Positions 30,312 to 40,096 of a stretch of DNA of 64,000 nucleotides are shown one piece after another; position 1 is the first letter of the stretch, and each line of letters starts with the position of its first letter. The stretch is taken from contig CAVTHS010000008.1 of NCBI GenBank assembly GCA_963734535.1, positions 96,001 through 160,000 on the forward strand. Reading direction: 5' to 3'. Source of the stretch: an uncultured Chloroflexia bacterium. Its GTDB lineage: Bacteria > Chloroflexota > Limnocylindria > Limnocylindrales > CSP1-4. Below the pieces are notes generated by a model. It was not told the origin of the DNA. It did no database searches and was given only the letters and a program-made list of their open reading frames with translations. The position numbers and the translations under genes are program-made.

Positions 30312-30713
30312 GCGCCGATCATGCAGACTGACGCTTACCCGGGGATCTACGCGGCATTCCACTCGGCTGGCCATGCCGTTTCCGCAACGCCGCAGCCGGA
30401 GCCGCGCGTGCACGAATTGCGCACTACGACCGGCGGCGACCGGCATGCTGTCAGCCGTGCGTCACCGGATATCCCAGGCAACCGACGAACCGCCATTGTG
30501 GTCATGGGGTGCACGGGCGCGCCGTGTGGGGGCCGTCCCATCGGTCGCAGTGGTCACCCGGTGCACGCCCGGCGAACGGGCCGCGGCGCGCCGTGCAACG
30601 GGCCGGCGCGCCGTGCAACGGGCCGCCGCGACTCGGCGGGACGGCGCGGCCCGGGCAGACGCCACGGCCCAAAGGCCGAGGCCCCGCTCGGGCAGACGGC
30701 ACGGCCCAGGACG

Positions 30714-31718
30714 CTACCCGCGCGGCTCTCCGGGCGCGCGCACGCGGAACGTGGCGGACCAAGCGACGCGCTCGGCCGGGGCGACCATGAGGGCCCGCCC
30801 GTTCGCGATCGCCGACACAACGTCGTCATCGGGTGAGGTCGTCGGCTCCAGCGCGTGCTGCGTCCGAGGCCGGGCCGGCGCGGGCGGCCAGCCGCCGTCG
30901 TCGAGCCAGAGGCCGAGATTCGGGGCGATCGGCGCGTACCACGAGAGCTCGAGCGCGGACCCGTCGGGCTGACGCACCGCCGCGACGCCGGGCAGCCCCT
31001 CGCCGCTGACCGAGTCCCAGCTCCCGTAGAGCTCCCAGCCACCGTAGAGCTTGAGCGCGGTCCCGGCTCCGCGTTCGCGGACGAGGTCGAGCGCGATCAT
31101 CGGGCCGTCGGTGCCCGGGGTCTCCGGCCACGCCACGTGGCCCGGCACCGGCCCGATCGGCACGCCCACCGCCTGGGTCACCCGGACCGACGCCAGGCCC
31201 TCGACGTCGAGTCGTGCGCCCGGCTCGAGGGCCAGGAGCGGGTGCATCGACCACAGGATCGGCAGCTCGTGCTCGCCATGGTTCTCCAGCTCGTACTCGG
31301 CGACCAGGCGCGACCCGTCCAGGCGGAGCCGCCGGATGAACCGGTACGGCCAGTCGGCCCCGCTCCAGGTGGCGACCAGCACCTCGCCCTGGGCCGTCAC
31401 CTCGGTGGGACGACCCCATTGGTCACCGTGGTCACGCAGGGGCGGGCCGGAGGGGTCGACCGGGTCGGCACAGGCGGCGACGGTCGGCAGGCATTCGTCC
31501 CAGCCGAACGCGGCCTCGCCGTCGTAGACCGCATCGCGGCGGGCCCACGCGGCGGGGTCGCCGGGCGGATCGCCGGGCACCAGCCACTCGCGGGCCGCAA
31601 AGCGGTCCGCGAACGAGATCACGCGAGCGCCCAACGTCGGGACGACGATGACCTTGACCCGGTCGTTGTCGAGCGAGATGGTCGGGAGCGACCCGAAGGA
31701 TGGGCCCGGTCCGATCAC
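30714..31718 (-). CDS. Galactose-mutarotase / aldose-epimerase-like protein
   Basis: [41 protein letters not shown] before GTG 31718. Confidence 0.75.
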   Translation of the reverse strand: MIGPGPSFGSLPTISLDNDRVKVIVVPTLGARVISFADRFAAREWLVPGDPPGDPAAWARRDAVYDGEAAFGWDECLPTVAACADPVDPSGPPLRDHGDQWGRPTEVTAQGEVLVATWSGADWPYRFIRRLRLDGSRLVAEYELENHGEHELPILWSMHPLLALEPGARLDVEGLASVRVTQAVGVPIGPVPGHVAWPETPGTDGPMIALDLVRERGAGTALKLYGGWELYGSWDSVSGEGLPGVAAVRQPDGSALELSWYAPIAPNLGLWLDDGGWPPAPARPRTQHALEPTTSPDDDVVSAIANGRALMVAPAERVAWSATFRVRAPGEPRG

Positions 31719-31945
31719 GTGTTCCTCCCGATCGCTGGACGACCTTCGACGATGCTCCCGGCTCCGCGCGCGGTCAACGCGATGAGCGCCACCCTGGATC
31801 TCCGGGCACCGGCCGGATCTGCTCGTCCGTGATGCCGGATGGTGCCGGGACGGCCATACGGTGCGAAGGTAGAACGCCGGGCGGCGTCCCGCTCGACCGT
31901 TTCGCGCCACCGGTGCAGGGTCGTCGACGGGCGATGCCGACACGG

Positions 31946-32045
31946 CGCGACGACCGGGTGTCCGGCACGCTCGACTCCGGAGCCGCGACGACCGGGTGTC
32001 CGGCACGCTCGATCCGGAGGCGCGACGGCGGAGGCGCGACGGCGG
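31946..32045. repeat. 38-bp direct repeat, 2 copies plus a short degenerate tail
   Basis: CGCGACGACCGGGTGTCCGGCACGCTCGA at 31946 and 31984, then GGAGGCGCGACGGC twice. Confidence 0.7.
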
Positions 32046-32129
32046 GGATGTGGAGGGACGCGATGACGGGACCCGGGATGACGCGCCAACCGCGGCACGT
32101 CGCGATCCCCGCTGATGCACCATGCCGCC

Positions 32130-32966
32130 ATGCCGCCCGCTGGCCCGGCCGCTGTCTCCCCCGGCCGACTCCTCGCGCCGCTCCCGGTCGTCGTGCTCGC
32201 GTCGGGCGCCGCGATCCCCATCCTGCGGCCCGTGGCCCTCGCTGTCCTGGCCGCGACCGCGGTCGCGATGGCCGTCCGTGGGCACGCTCGCACCGCGACG
32301 GGCCGTGGGTGGCTCGCCACGGTCCCGGCCGCCGTCGGGCTCACCTGGGCGGCGCTGGCCGGAACGCCGATGCCTCTTCCAGACGCGCTCCACTGCGGGG
32401 ACCTGCTCTCCCCGCCCACGGTCACGCGCGTCGTCCAGGCGCTCCTCGTGCTGGGCACGCTCGCGCTCGTCGGTCGGGTCGCCGACGACCGGGCGGCGCT
32501 GCGGCTCCGGCTGCCGGTGGATCGTCGCGTCACGGCGCTGGCGATCATCGCCCCGTTCGTGCTGGTTCCGGGTGCGCTCTGGATCGGGCCCCTCGTGGCC
32601 CGACCGTTCTTCGGCGACGTCGGGCTCGCCACGGGAGACCTCCGGGCACTCATCCCGGCTGTCGCGTTCGCCATCGCGAACGCCTCGCTCGAGGAGGCGG
32701 CCTACCGCGGCGCCCTCCTGGGCTGGTCGACGCCGGCCCTCGGCATCGCCGGGGCCGTGCTCGGCCAGGCGGTCGTGTTCGGCTTCGCCCACCTCGGGGC
32801 GGACGTGTCCGGCCCCGCGCCGCTGCTCTGGCTGGGCATGGCCGCATCCGGCGTCGTCGCCGGCTTCGTGGCGGTGCGGTCGCGATCGCTGCTGCTCCCG
32901 TTCACGGTCCACGCGGCGTTCGACGTTCCGCTCTACTACGCGTTCGCCTGCCGGCTCCCGACGTGA
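32130..32966 (+). CDS. CPBP (CAAX/Abi) family intramembrane metalloprotease
   Basis: EEAAYRG, FGFAH, VHAAFD motifs in a multi-pass protein. Confidence 0.88.
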   Translation: MPPAGPAAVSPGRLLAPLPVVVLASGAAIPILRPVALAVLAATAVAMAVRGHARTATGRGWLATVPAAVGLTWAALAGTPMPLPDALHCGDLLSPPTVTRVVQALLVLGTLALVGRVADDRAALRLRLPVDRRVTALAIIAPFVLVPGALWIGPLVARPFFGDVGLATGDLRALIPAVAFAIANASLEEAAYRGALLGWSTPALGIAGAVLGQAVVFGFAHLGADVSGPAPLLWLGMAASGVVAGFVAVRSRSLLLPFTVHAAFDVPLYYAFACRLPT

Positions 32967-34387
32967 GCGGCAACCTGGAGCTGACCTGGCCGGGCAAGTA
33001 CCTTCCCGACGGGACGCGGGCCGTGCCGAGCCGTGCGGTCGAGCCGCTTCACGTCATCGAGCGGTTCCCGGGGGCGAACGCCGCGACGGCGGGGCGGCTG
33101 GTCGCAGGCGATAACCTGCAGACCCTGCCGGCCCTCCTGGTCGAGCTTGCGGGCCGGGTCGACCTCGTCTACCTGGATCCCCCGTTCGGCACCGGCGACG
33201 CCTTCCACGTCCGAAATCGCGCGGGCGATCGGGCGAACCAATCCGGCCCGGGTGCCCGGCGCGGGCCCGACGCCGCGGCCCGGCAGGGGCCGGCCGCGTA
33301 CGCCGATCGTGAGCCGGGTGGGCTCGGCGGCTTCATCGCGATGCTCGCCCCGCGGCTGGAGCTGGTCCGCGATCTCCTCTCGCCGACAGGCTCCCTGTAT
33401 CTCCACCTCGACGCGCGCACGGTTCACGCGGCGAAGCTGCTGTGCGACGAGGTCTTCGGGGCGGCGGGCTTCCGCAACCACCTCGTCTGGGTCTACTCGG
33501 GTCGCGAGCTCGCCCGCCGCCGCTACAACGCGAAGCACGACGACATCCTGTTCTACACGCGCGGCCGGGCCTGGACGTTCCATCCCGAGCGGATCCTCGA
33601 GCCGCTCCGCGAGAGCTCGCGCCGGGCGCTCTCGCGGCACGTCGACGACGCCGGGCGCCCCTTCGTGATTCGCTACCGGGAGGGCGGCGGCTTCGCCCCC
33701 GTCGACCAGCCCGGGCGGACATATCGCCAGCTGGTCCCCGCCGGGACGCTGCCCCGCGACTGGTTCACGGCGGACTTCGCCCGCAAGTCGCAGCGGACCG
33801 GCTACCCCACCCAGAAGCCGGAGGCACTCCTGGCGCGACTCATCGCCGCGTCGAGCGAGCCGGGCGATCTCGTCGCGGACCTGTTCGCCGGGTCCGGGAC
33901 GGCGCCGGCGGTGGCGGCGGCCCTCGGCCGGCGCTGGCTCGCCGGGGACGACAGCCCGGCAGCCATCGCCGCGACACGCCGGCGGCTCCTGGCGCTTCCC
34001 GATCGCGGGGGTGGCTTCGAGGTGGCCGCGCTCGAGGACGCGATGCCGCCGCCGGCGTCCCTCGATCTCGCCATCCGCCGTGTCCCGGGCGCGGGGCCGG
34101 CGAACGCGGGCCGCCTCGAGCTCGACGGCCCGATCGATGACCTGCGCGGCGTGGTGGCCTGGGCGGTCGGGACCCGCCGGAGCGCCCGCGCGGACCCGCT
34201 CGTGGCCAGTGCCGCAGGCGCGCGCGACCCGTGGACCGACCCGTTCGTGGCCAGCGCGACGGCCGCGCGCGATGCCTGGACCGGCGAGCTGAGCGCCACG
34301 CTCCCCGCCGGCGGGACGGAGTCGGGAGGCACGGGCCGGGCGTGGACGGCCTCCGGCGCCGCGATCGACGTGCCCATCGGCGGGTAG
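32963..34387 (+). CDS. Site-specific DNA methyltransferase (N4/N6, beta class, Mod-like)
   Basis: [34 protein letters not shown]. Confidence 0.9.
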   Translation: MSGNLELTWPGKYLPDGTRAVPSRAVEPLHVIERFPGANAATAGRLVAGDNLQTLPALLVELAGRVDLVYLDPPFGTGDAFHVRNRAGDRANQSGPGARRGPDAAARQGPAAYADREPGGLGGFIAMLAPRLELVRDLLSPTGSLYLHLDARTVHAAKLLCDEVFGAAGFRNHLVWVYSGRELARRRYNAKHDDILFYTRGRAWTFHPERILEPLRESSRRALSRHVDDAGRPFVIRYREGGGFAPVDQPGRTYRQLVPAGTLPRDWFTADFARKSQRTGYPTQKPEALLARLIAASSEPGDLVADLFAGSGTAPAVAAALGRRWLAGDDSPAAIAATRRRLLALPDRGGGFEVAALEDAMPPPASLDLAIRRVPGAGPANAGRLELDGPIDDLRGVVAWAVGTRRSARADPLVASAAGARDPWTDPFVASATAARDAWTGELSATLPAGGTESGGTGRAWTASGAAIDVPIGG

Positions 34388-34509
34388 GGGCCACGGCCGG
34401 GTCCCTCGCCCCGTGGAACCGGGCCGAACGTCCCGTGCCCGCAGCCACGCTGCGCGCGATGATCGGGGGAACGCATCTCGACGAAGCCGACGAGCCAGGA
34501 GGATCCGCG

Positions 34510-35226
34510 ATGAAGGTGGCCCAGGTGATGACTCGCCAGGTGGCTGCCGTGCGGCCCGAGACGCCCCTCCGGGACGTGGCAGCGCTCATGGTGAGCAAGG
34601 GGATCAGCGGCGTCCCTGTCGTCGGAGACGACGGCTCCGTCCTCGGCGTGGTGTCCGAGGCCGACTTCGTGATCAAGGAGCGGGGCCCGGAGGCCGTCCA
34701 CCACCGCCTCCTCGCGCGCGTCTTCGGGGAGTCCCGCCAGACACGCGCGGAGCTCGCCAAGATCGAGGCCCAGACGGCCGGCGCGGCGATGACGAGCCCC
34801 GCGATCACGGTCAAGGCGACCGACACGCTGCGCTGGGCCGCCGAGCAGATGGCCGCCCGGAAGATCAACCGCCTGCCGGTCGTCGAGGGCGTCCGGCTCG
34901 TCGGGATCATCACGCGGGCCGACGTGGTCCGGGCCTTCGTGCGCCCCGACGGAGAGCTTGCGCGACTCGTTCGCGAGGAAGTCCTGGCAAAGACGGCCTT
35001 CTGGCTCGAGCCGGAGATCTTCGTCGTCGACGTCAAGGACGGGGTCGTCCATCTCGGCGGCCGGGTGGAACGCCGCTCGCTGGCCGAGACGATCGTCGAG
35101 GTCATCCGCGATCTCGGCGGCGTCGTGGGCGTCACGTCCGACCTCAGCTGGGAGCTCGACGACGTCGGCGGGCATCCGGCCGGCGACGAGGTCCCGGACG
35201 CCCGGCTGACGTTTCGCCCGCACTGA
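34510..35226 (+). CDS. CBS-pair plus BON domain protein
   Basis: VMTRQV, ISGVPVV, INRLPVV, GIITRAD, VKDGVVHLGG; AGGAGG RBS. Confidence 0.9.
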   Translation: MKVAQVMTRQVAAVRPETPLRDVAALMVSKGISGVPVVGDDGSVLGVVSEADFVIKERGPEAVHHRLLARVFGESRQTRAELAKIEAQTAGAAMTSPAITVKATDTLRWAAEQMAARKINRLPVVEGVRLVGIITRADVVRAFVRPDGELARLVREEVLAKTAFWLEPEIFVVDVKDGVVHLGGRVERRSLAETIVEVIRDLGGVVGVTSDLSWELDDVGGHPAGDEVPDARLTFRPH

Positions 35227-35302
35227 CCCGGCCGCCGGCATCGCGCCGGCAGCCCGTCGACGGCCGGCGGGCCGGGCTTCGAGACCGCCGTTCCGGCGAT
35301 CC

Positions 35303-36926
35303 TCAGGGCGCCGGGCTGGGGGACGGCCGCGACGCGCCGGACGGCCTCGGGCTGGCCGACGGCTCCGCGGGGGGCGGCGAGCCGTGCGGGGGCGCGGACC
35401 CGGATGGCGAGGCGGCCGTCGACGGGCTCGGCTTCGGGATGGGCTTCGCGGTCGGCCGGGGCGTCGGGGCCGGCAGGCACGACGAGACGCCGCTGCCCGA
35501 GGCTCGCGCGGCCGTCGGCGCAGGCGCCGCGTAGGCGACGGCCGGCACGGTTCCCGGCGGCGGGAACAGCGATGCGGCGAGGGCCCGGATCCCAGCGATG
35601 TCCGGCAGCTGGATGGAGCCGCGAACGTCGAATCCCGGGCGCACGAGCGGGTAGGTGACGACCGCCCGATACGTCCTCTTCCGGTCAACGCGCCGCGCAA
35701 CGTCGGCCAGCGGGACGATCACGCTGCGCGGGACGTTCGTCTGGATGGCCTGGCCGATCGCCTTGAGGAACCCGATCGGGTCGTTCAGGAAGCCTCCCTT
35801 CACGACGGCATCGCGGACCCCGGAGATGATCTCCTGCTGGCGGGCCTGGCGGGTGAAGTCCGACTCGCCTGCGGCCTTGCGGACGCGCGCGTAGGCCAGC
35901 GCCTGCGAACCATTCAGGTGGTGCCGGCCTGCGCTGATCGCGAAGCCGGAGGGAATGCCGTACTCGTCGTACGACGGGTCGCAGAAGGCGTGGGCGACGT
36001 TGACGTCCACGCCGCCGAGGCTGTCCACGACCGCGACGAAGCCCCCGAGCTCGACCTGGGCGTACTGCTGGATGTCCAGGCCAAGGAGCGTCCCGACCGC
36101 CGCCATGAGCACGTCATGCCCGTCGCCGCTGGACCCCGGGAACTCAGCGGGGTGGATGCGTGCGTACGAGAGCAGCGAGTTGATCTTGCCCGCGTACGAG
36201 CCGCCCCCTGGGAGCGGGACGTCCACCATGTCGCGCGCCAGGGAGAGGAGCGAGACCGTCTCGGTGACGGGGTCCAGCGATGCCACGATCAGGGTGTCGG
36301 TCAGGAACGTCGAGCGGCCGACGCCCGCATCGACGCCGATCAGGAGCACGTTGGTCCGGGCGCCAGCGGGCGACGGCGAGGCAGCCGGCGTCGGGCTCGG
36401 ACCGGCGCTCGATCCGGGGTTCGCCGACGCGCCCGGATCGGGCGTCGGCGTGGCCGGCTTCCATGCCCCGCTCCCGGTGGTCGACGGGGCGAACACGACG
36501 TTCACCTCCTCACGGGCCACGTTCGTGGCGTACCCGAGGTACGCCTGCGGCCCGATCGCGATGAGCGCAACGAGCGCCACCGGGATGGCGTCCCGCCCGC
36601 GAAGTCGCGGCAGGCGGGGATTCAGCAGGCTGGACCCCATCGCGGCCAGGCGCCAGAGCAGGATGACCGCCTGGAAGGCGATCAGCGCCAGCAGGACCCT
36701 GTCATCGAGGGCCAGGCTTCCCATTCGCACCGGTCCGGCAGAGACGGCGACGCCCGGCGAGGATGCCCACCACGAGGATCGACGGGAGCCCGAACAGGGC
36801 GGCCCGGGCAAGCCGGCCAGCCGCAAGGTGGCCGAGTCCGGGCACGACCGCATCGAGCAGCGCGGGAAGATAGCGCCGCCGGGTCACGGCGCGCGGGGCG
36901 ACGGGAGACGGATCGGCCTGGCTCAC
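35303..36926 (-). CDS. LCP (LytR-CpsA-Psr) family protein (apparent frameshift near 36754)
   Basis: NVLLIGVD, TDTLIVASLD, SLARD, KINS, ALAYARVRK, SDFTRQARQQ; N-terminal TM part (VPGLGH) lies in another frame. Confidence 0.88.
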
Positions 36927-37068
36927 GGGACGCGAGCGTATCACTCGCCGCGACCTCGACGCGCGACGAGGCCGCCTCGCCTACGCTGGGCCGGCGTCGG
37001 GTCGCGGATGGCAACGGCGGGACGGCGGGCACCGCGGCACGCGCGGAACGGCAGGGAGGCGGTGGGCG

Positions 37069-38430
37069 ATGGCGGCGGCGATCGATCGTGGGCGGCTGGC
37101 GGCGCGGATGGCCGAGGAGGTGGCGCAGTTCGAGGTCGCTCACCCCCGCTCGAAGGAGCTCTTCGAGCGCGCCGCGAGGTCGCTGCTCGGTGGCGTCCCG
37201 ATGAGCTGGATGGCGAAGTGGGCCGGACCCTATCCCGTCTTCGTCGAGGAGGCGACGGGCGCCCACTTCCGCTGCGTGGACGGCCACGACTACGTGGACT
37301 TCTGCCTGGGCGACACCGGCGCGATGACCGGTCACTCGCCGGAGGAGGCGGTCGTCGGGATCGCGGCCCAGCTTGTCCGCGGGATCACGACGATGCTCCC
37401 GGGCGAGGCGGCGATCGAGGTCGGCGAGGAGCTCCAGCGCCGATTCGGCCTCGCCTTCTGGCAGTTCACCCTCACCGCGACCGACGCGAACCGCTTTGCG
37501 CTTCGGCTCGCCCGCCAGGTCACCGGCCGTCCGTACGTGCTGGTCTTCGACCACTGCTACCACGGCTCGGTGGACGAGTTGTTCGCCACGCTGCGGGGCG
37601 GGATCGTCGCGCCGTCGGAGGGGAACATCGGCCCGGCGGTCGACCCGCGCCTCACGACCAGGGTCGTCCAGTGGAACGACGTGGCCGCACTCGAGGCGGC
37701 GCTCGCTCCGGGCGACGTCGCGGCGGTGCTGGCCGAGCCGGTCATGACCAACGTCGGGATCGTCCACCCCGAGCCCGGCTACCACGACGCGCTCCGCCGC
37801 ATCACCCGCGAGACGGGCACGCTCCTGATCATCGACGAGACGCACACGATCTGTGCCGGCCCCGGCGGGTACACCCGTGCGGAGCGGCTGGACCCGGACA
37901 TCCTGACCATCGGAAAGGCGATCGGATCGGGCATCCCGGCCGGGGCCTACGGGTTCAGCGAGGCGGTCGCCGACCGGATTCGGGCCGCCAACGACGATCT
38001 CGAGCTGATCGACGTGGGCGGCGTGGGCGGGACGCTCGCCGGCAACGCGCTCTCGCTGGCGGCGATGCGGACGACGCTGGCGCACGTCCTGACGGAGGAG
38101 AGCTTCGCGCGGATGATCCCGCTCGGCGAGCGCTGGGCCGCCGGCGTGCAGGCGACCATCGACGAGATCGGCGTGCCATGGCACGTGTCGCGGCTGGGCT
38201 GCCGCGCCGAGTACCTGTTCCGGACCGAGCTGCCGCGGAACGGTGCGGAGGCGGCCCAGGGGATGGATTTCGAGCTCCAGCAGTACATGCACCTCCACGC
38301 GCTCAACCGCGGGATCCTCCTGACCCCGTTCCACAACATGGCCCTCATGTCGCCCGTGACGACGGCAGCCGACGTTGACCGTCACACCGCCGCCTTCCGC
38401 TCGGCCGTCCACTCGCTCGTCGGGGGCTGA
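37069..38430 (+). CDS. Class III aminotransferase (glutamate-1-semialdehyde aminomutase-like)
   Basis: DGHDYVDF, YHG, IIDETHT, TIGKAIG, GTLAGN. Confidence 0.9.
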   Translation: MAAAIDRGRLAARMAEEVAQFEVAHPRSKELFERAARSLLGGVPMSWMAKWAGPYPVFVEEATGAHFRCVDGHDYVDFCLGDTGAMTGHSPEEAVVGIAAQLVRGITTMLPGEAAIEVGEELQRRFGLAFWQFTLTATDANRFALRLARQVTGRPYVLVFDHCYHGSVDELFATLRGGIVAPSEGNIGPAVDPRLTTRVVQWNDVAALEAALAPGDVAAVLAEPVMTNVGIVHPEPGYHDALRRITRETGTLLIIDETHTICAGPGGYTRAERLDPDILTIGKAIGSGIPAGAYGFSEAVADRIRAANDDLELIDVGGVGGTLAGNALSLAAMRTTLAHVLTEESFARMIPLGERWAAGVQATIDEIGVPWHVSRLGCRAEYLFRTELPRNGAEAAQGMDFELQQYMHLHALNRGILLTPFHNMALMSPVTTAADVDRHTAAFRSAVHSLVGG

Positions 38431-38548
38431 CGGCTCATTCCCCCCTGTGGACCCATGACGCGTCCCGAGCGGGTCACCCACCCGATCCCGATGGTCACGG
38501 GTACATCCGGGGGGTGGCGGTGTCTTCGCGCGACAGAGAACATCACGA

Positions 38549-39091
38549 GTGATGTCGTCGATCCGCGACCCGTACAGGGTCCTCCAGGTGGATTCCGCCG
38601 CGGAACCGGAAGTCGTCCGGGCCGCGTATCGTGCGCTCGCGCTCAAGTACCACCCGGACGTACGGACCGGCTCGCAGGAGCGGATGGCCGCCCTGAACCA
38701 GGCGTGGCACATCCTCCGGGACCCGACCTTGCGCTCCGAGCTCGACCGAGCACGCGCAACGGCCCACGCCAGGCCCGAGCCGCAGCCCAAGCGCCCGGCG
38801 GCCCGGGACTCCGCCCGGGATCCGGCGGCCTTCGAGATGCCCGCGCCGCTGCCCGCCACGCCGCCCGGCAAGCCGTCGGGCAGCGTCCTCGACTTCGGCC
38901 GGTACGAGGGCTGGTCGCTGGGCCAGATCGCCGCCACCGATCCCGTCTATCTCGAGTGGTTCGCGCGCACGCCGATCGGACGCAGCTTCAACCGGGAGAT
39001 CGAGTCGCTCCTCGCGATCCGCACGGCGGCCGCCTCCACGGCCGCAACGGCCACCGCCGACCGTCATCCGCGCCGATCCCGCCGCGGCTGA
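38549..39091 (+). CDS. J-domain protein with C-terminal FGRY small domain
   Basis: DPYRVLQV, AYRALALKYHPD; C-terminal LDFGRYEGWSLGQIAATDPVYLEW. Confidence 0.88.
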   Translation: MMSSIRDPYRVLQVDSAAEPEVVRAAYRALALKYHPDVRTGSQERMAALNQAWHILRDPTLRSELDRARATAHARPEPQPKRPAARDSARDPAAFEMPAPLPATPPGKPSGSVLDFGRYEGWSLGQIAATDPVYLEWFARTPIGRSFNREIESLLAIRTAAASTAATATADRHPRRSRRG

Positions 39092-39140
39092 CGCGACGTC
39101 CGGGTCGCTGAACCGGAGATGGCCGGACGAGCACAGGCGT

Positions 39141-39169
39141 TTGACGGAATCGGGCCCATGGGCCATCAT
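39141..39169 (+). promoter_or_regulatory. Putative sigma70-type promoter
   Basis: TTGACG-N17-CATCAT upstream of a structured leader and the small zinc-ribbon gene. Confidence 0.6.
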
Positions 39170-39337
39170 TGCTCGCAGGTGCACCTCGTCCGGCGCTGGT
39201 TCGAGCACATGAACCCGCTCCCGCGCCGCACGAATGCACCTGGCGCTCCGGCACAGCTAGCCGTCGAGCGATCGACACATCACGACACGGTCGGCGTGCG
39301 ACTCGCGCACCCGGCCCGGAAAGGCCTCACTCGCACC

Positions 39338-39544
39338 ATGCTCAACAGCTCCTCCGTCCGCCGACCTGGCGGACCCATCGCGGTCGCGGCGCGCTCTTCG
39401 GACAGCCGGCGCCTGCGCCGCCGCTCGATGGCCGACGACCGCCTCTATTGCGGAACGAACGGTTGCACCACCTACCTGGACCTGGACGCGCGCTCCGGTG
39501 TCGCCAGCTGCCCCATCTGCGGGTTCCGCCGCACCATCGAGTAG
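39338..39544 (+). CDS. Small zinc-ribbon protein
   Basis: CGTNGC...CPICG four-Cys pattern; GAAAGG upstream of ATG 39338; alternative start 39428. Confidence 0.7.
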   Translation: MLNSSSVRRPGGPIAVAARSSDSRRLRRRSMADDRLYCGTNGCTTYLDLDARSGVASCPICGFRRTIE

Positions 39545-39606
39545 GCGGCAACCCGCCCGCACCCGAGCTCCCCGAGCGTCACCCGGGCCGACGTCCAGGC
39601 CGCCTT

Positions 39607-39706
39607 CGTGGACAGACGTCGTGGACGGTTCGTGGATAAGTTGTCCGCGGATCCCGAATCTCGTGGACAGGTCCCCTTGCGTACCGGGGCGCCGGCGGGC
39701 GATCAT
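39607..39706 (+). promoter_or_regulatory. DnaA-box-like motif cluster and putative promoter
   Basis: CGTGGA(C/T)RR at 39607, 39620, 39631, 39662 and TTGTCCGCG at 39641; TTGCGT(39677)-N18-GATCAT(39701). Confidence 0.5.
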
Positions 39707-39712
39707 CTGGTC

Positions 39713-39980
39713 AGCCCGAAGGGGCCGAGGAATTCGGATCGCTGGACCGCCGCAAGGCGGCCGGGCTCACTGCAAGGTGAGCCGGGTTCTCCGCAAGGGG
39801 AGCCGTCCCTCCCGCAAGGGAGGCAGGCGATCCACCGGCTGACTCGTCGTCGGCAACGATGACGGGTACCCCGTCCGCAAGGACGGACGGCGAGCCGCAA
39901 GGCGCGTCGGTGCTCCCGCAAGGGGGCCGCGCCCCGCAAGGGGTTGCGATGGACGGCCGATCCGACGGTCCCTTTGGGCT
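39713..39980 (+). ncRNA. Unidentified highly structured RNA with nine GCAA-tetraloop hairpins
   Basis: 15-bp closing helix 39713-39727/39966-39980; nine stems each capped by GCAA; G-U pairs consistent only with the plus strand. Confidence 0.85.
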
Positions 39981-40096
39981 ACTTCGTGCCCGGCGTCGAG
40001 CGCTGCGCCCGACGGGATGCCCGTCGAAGAGCGCGGTAGACTCCGCGGGATGCACGCGGGACCCTTCCGTCCTGCGCCCGCTTCCCGGAGGTGATC

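Noticed and set aside
39607-39670. Replication origin
   Set aside because: No dnaA or dnaN nearby and no AT-rich unwinding element
39713-39980. GCAA hairpin array as a CRISPR array or as RNase P, SRP RNA or tmRNA
   Set aside because: Only the loop is repeated, there are no constant repeats with spacers and no cas genes; the RNase P GAGGAAAGTCC block, the SRP domain IV motif and tRNA-like ends are not seen
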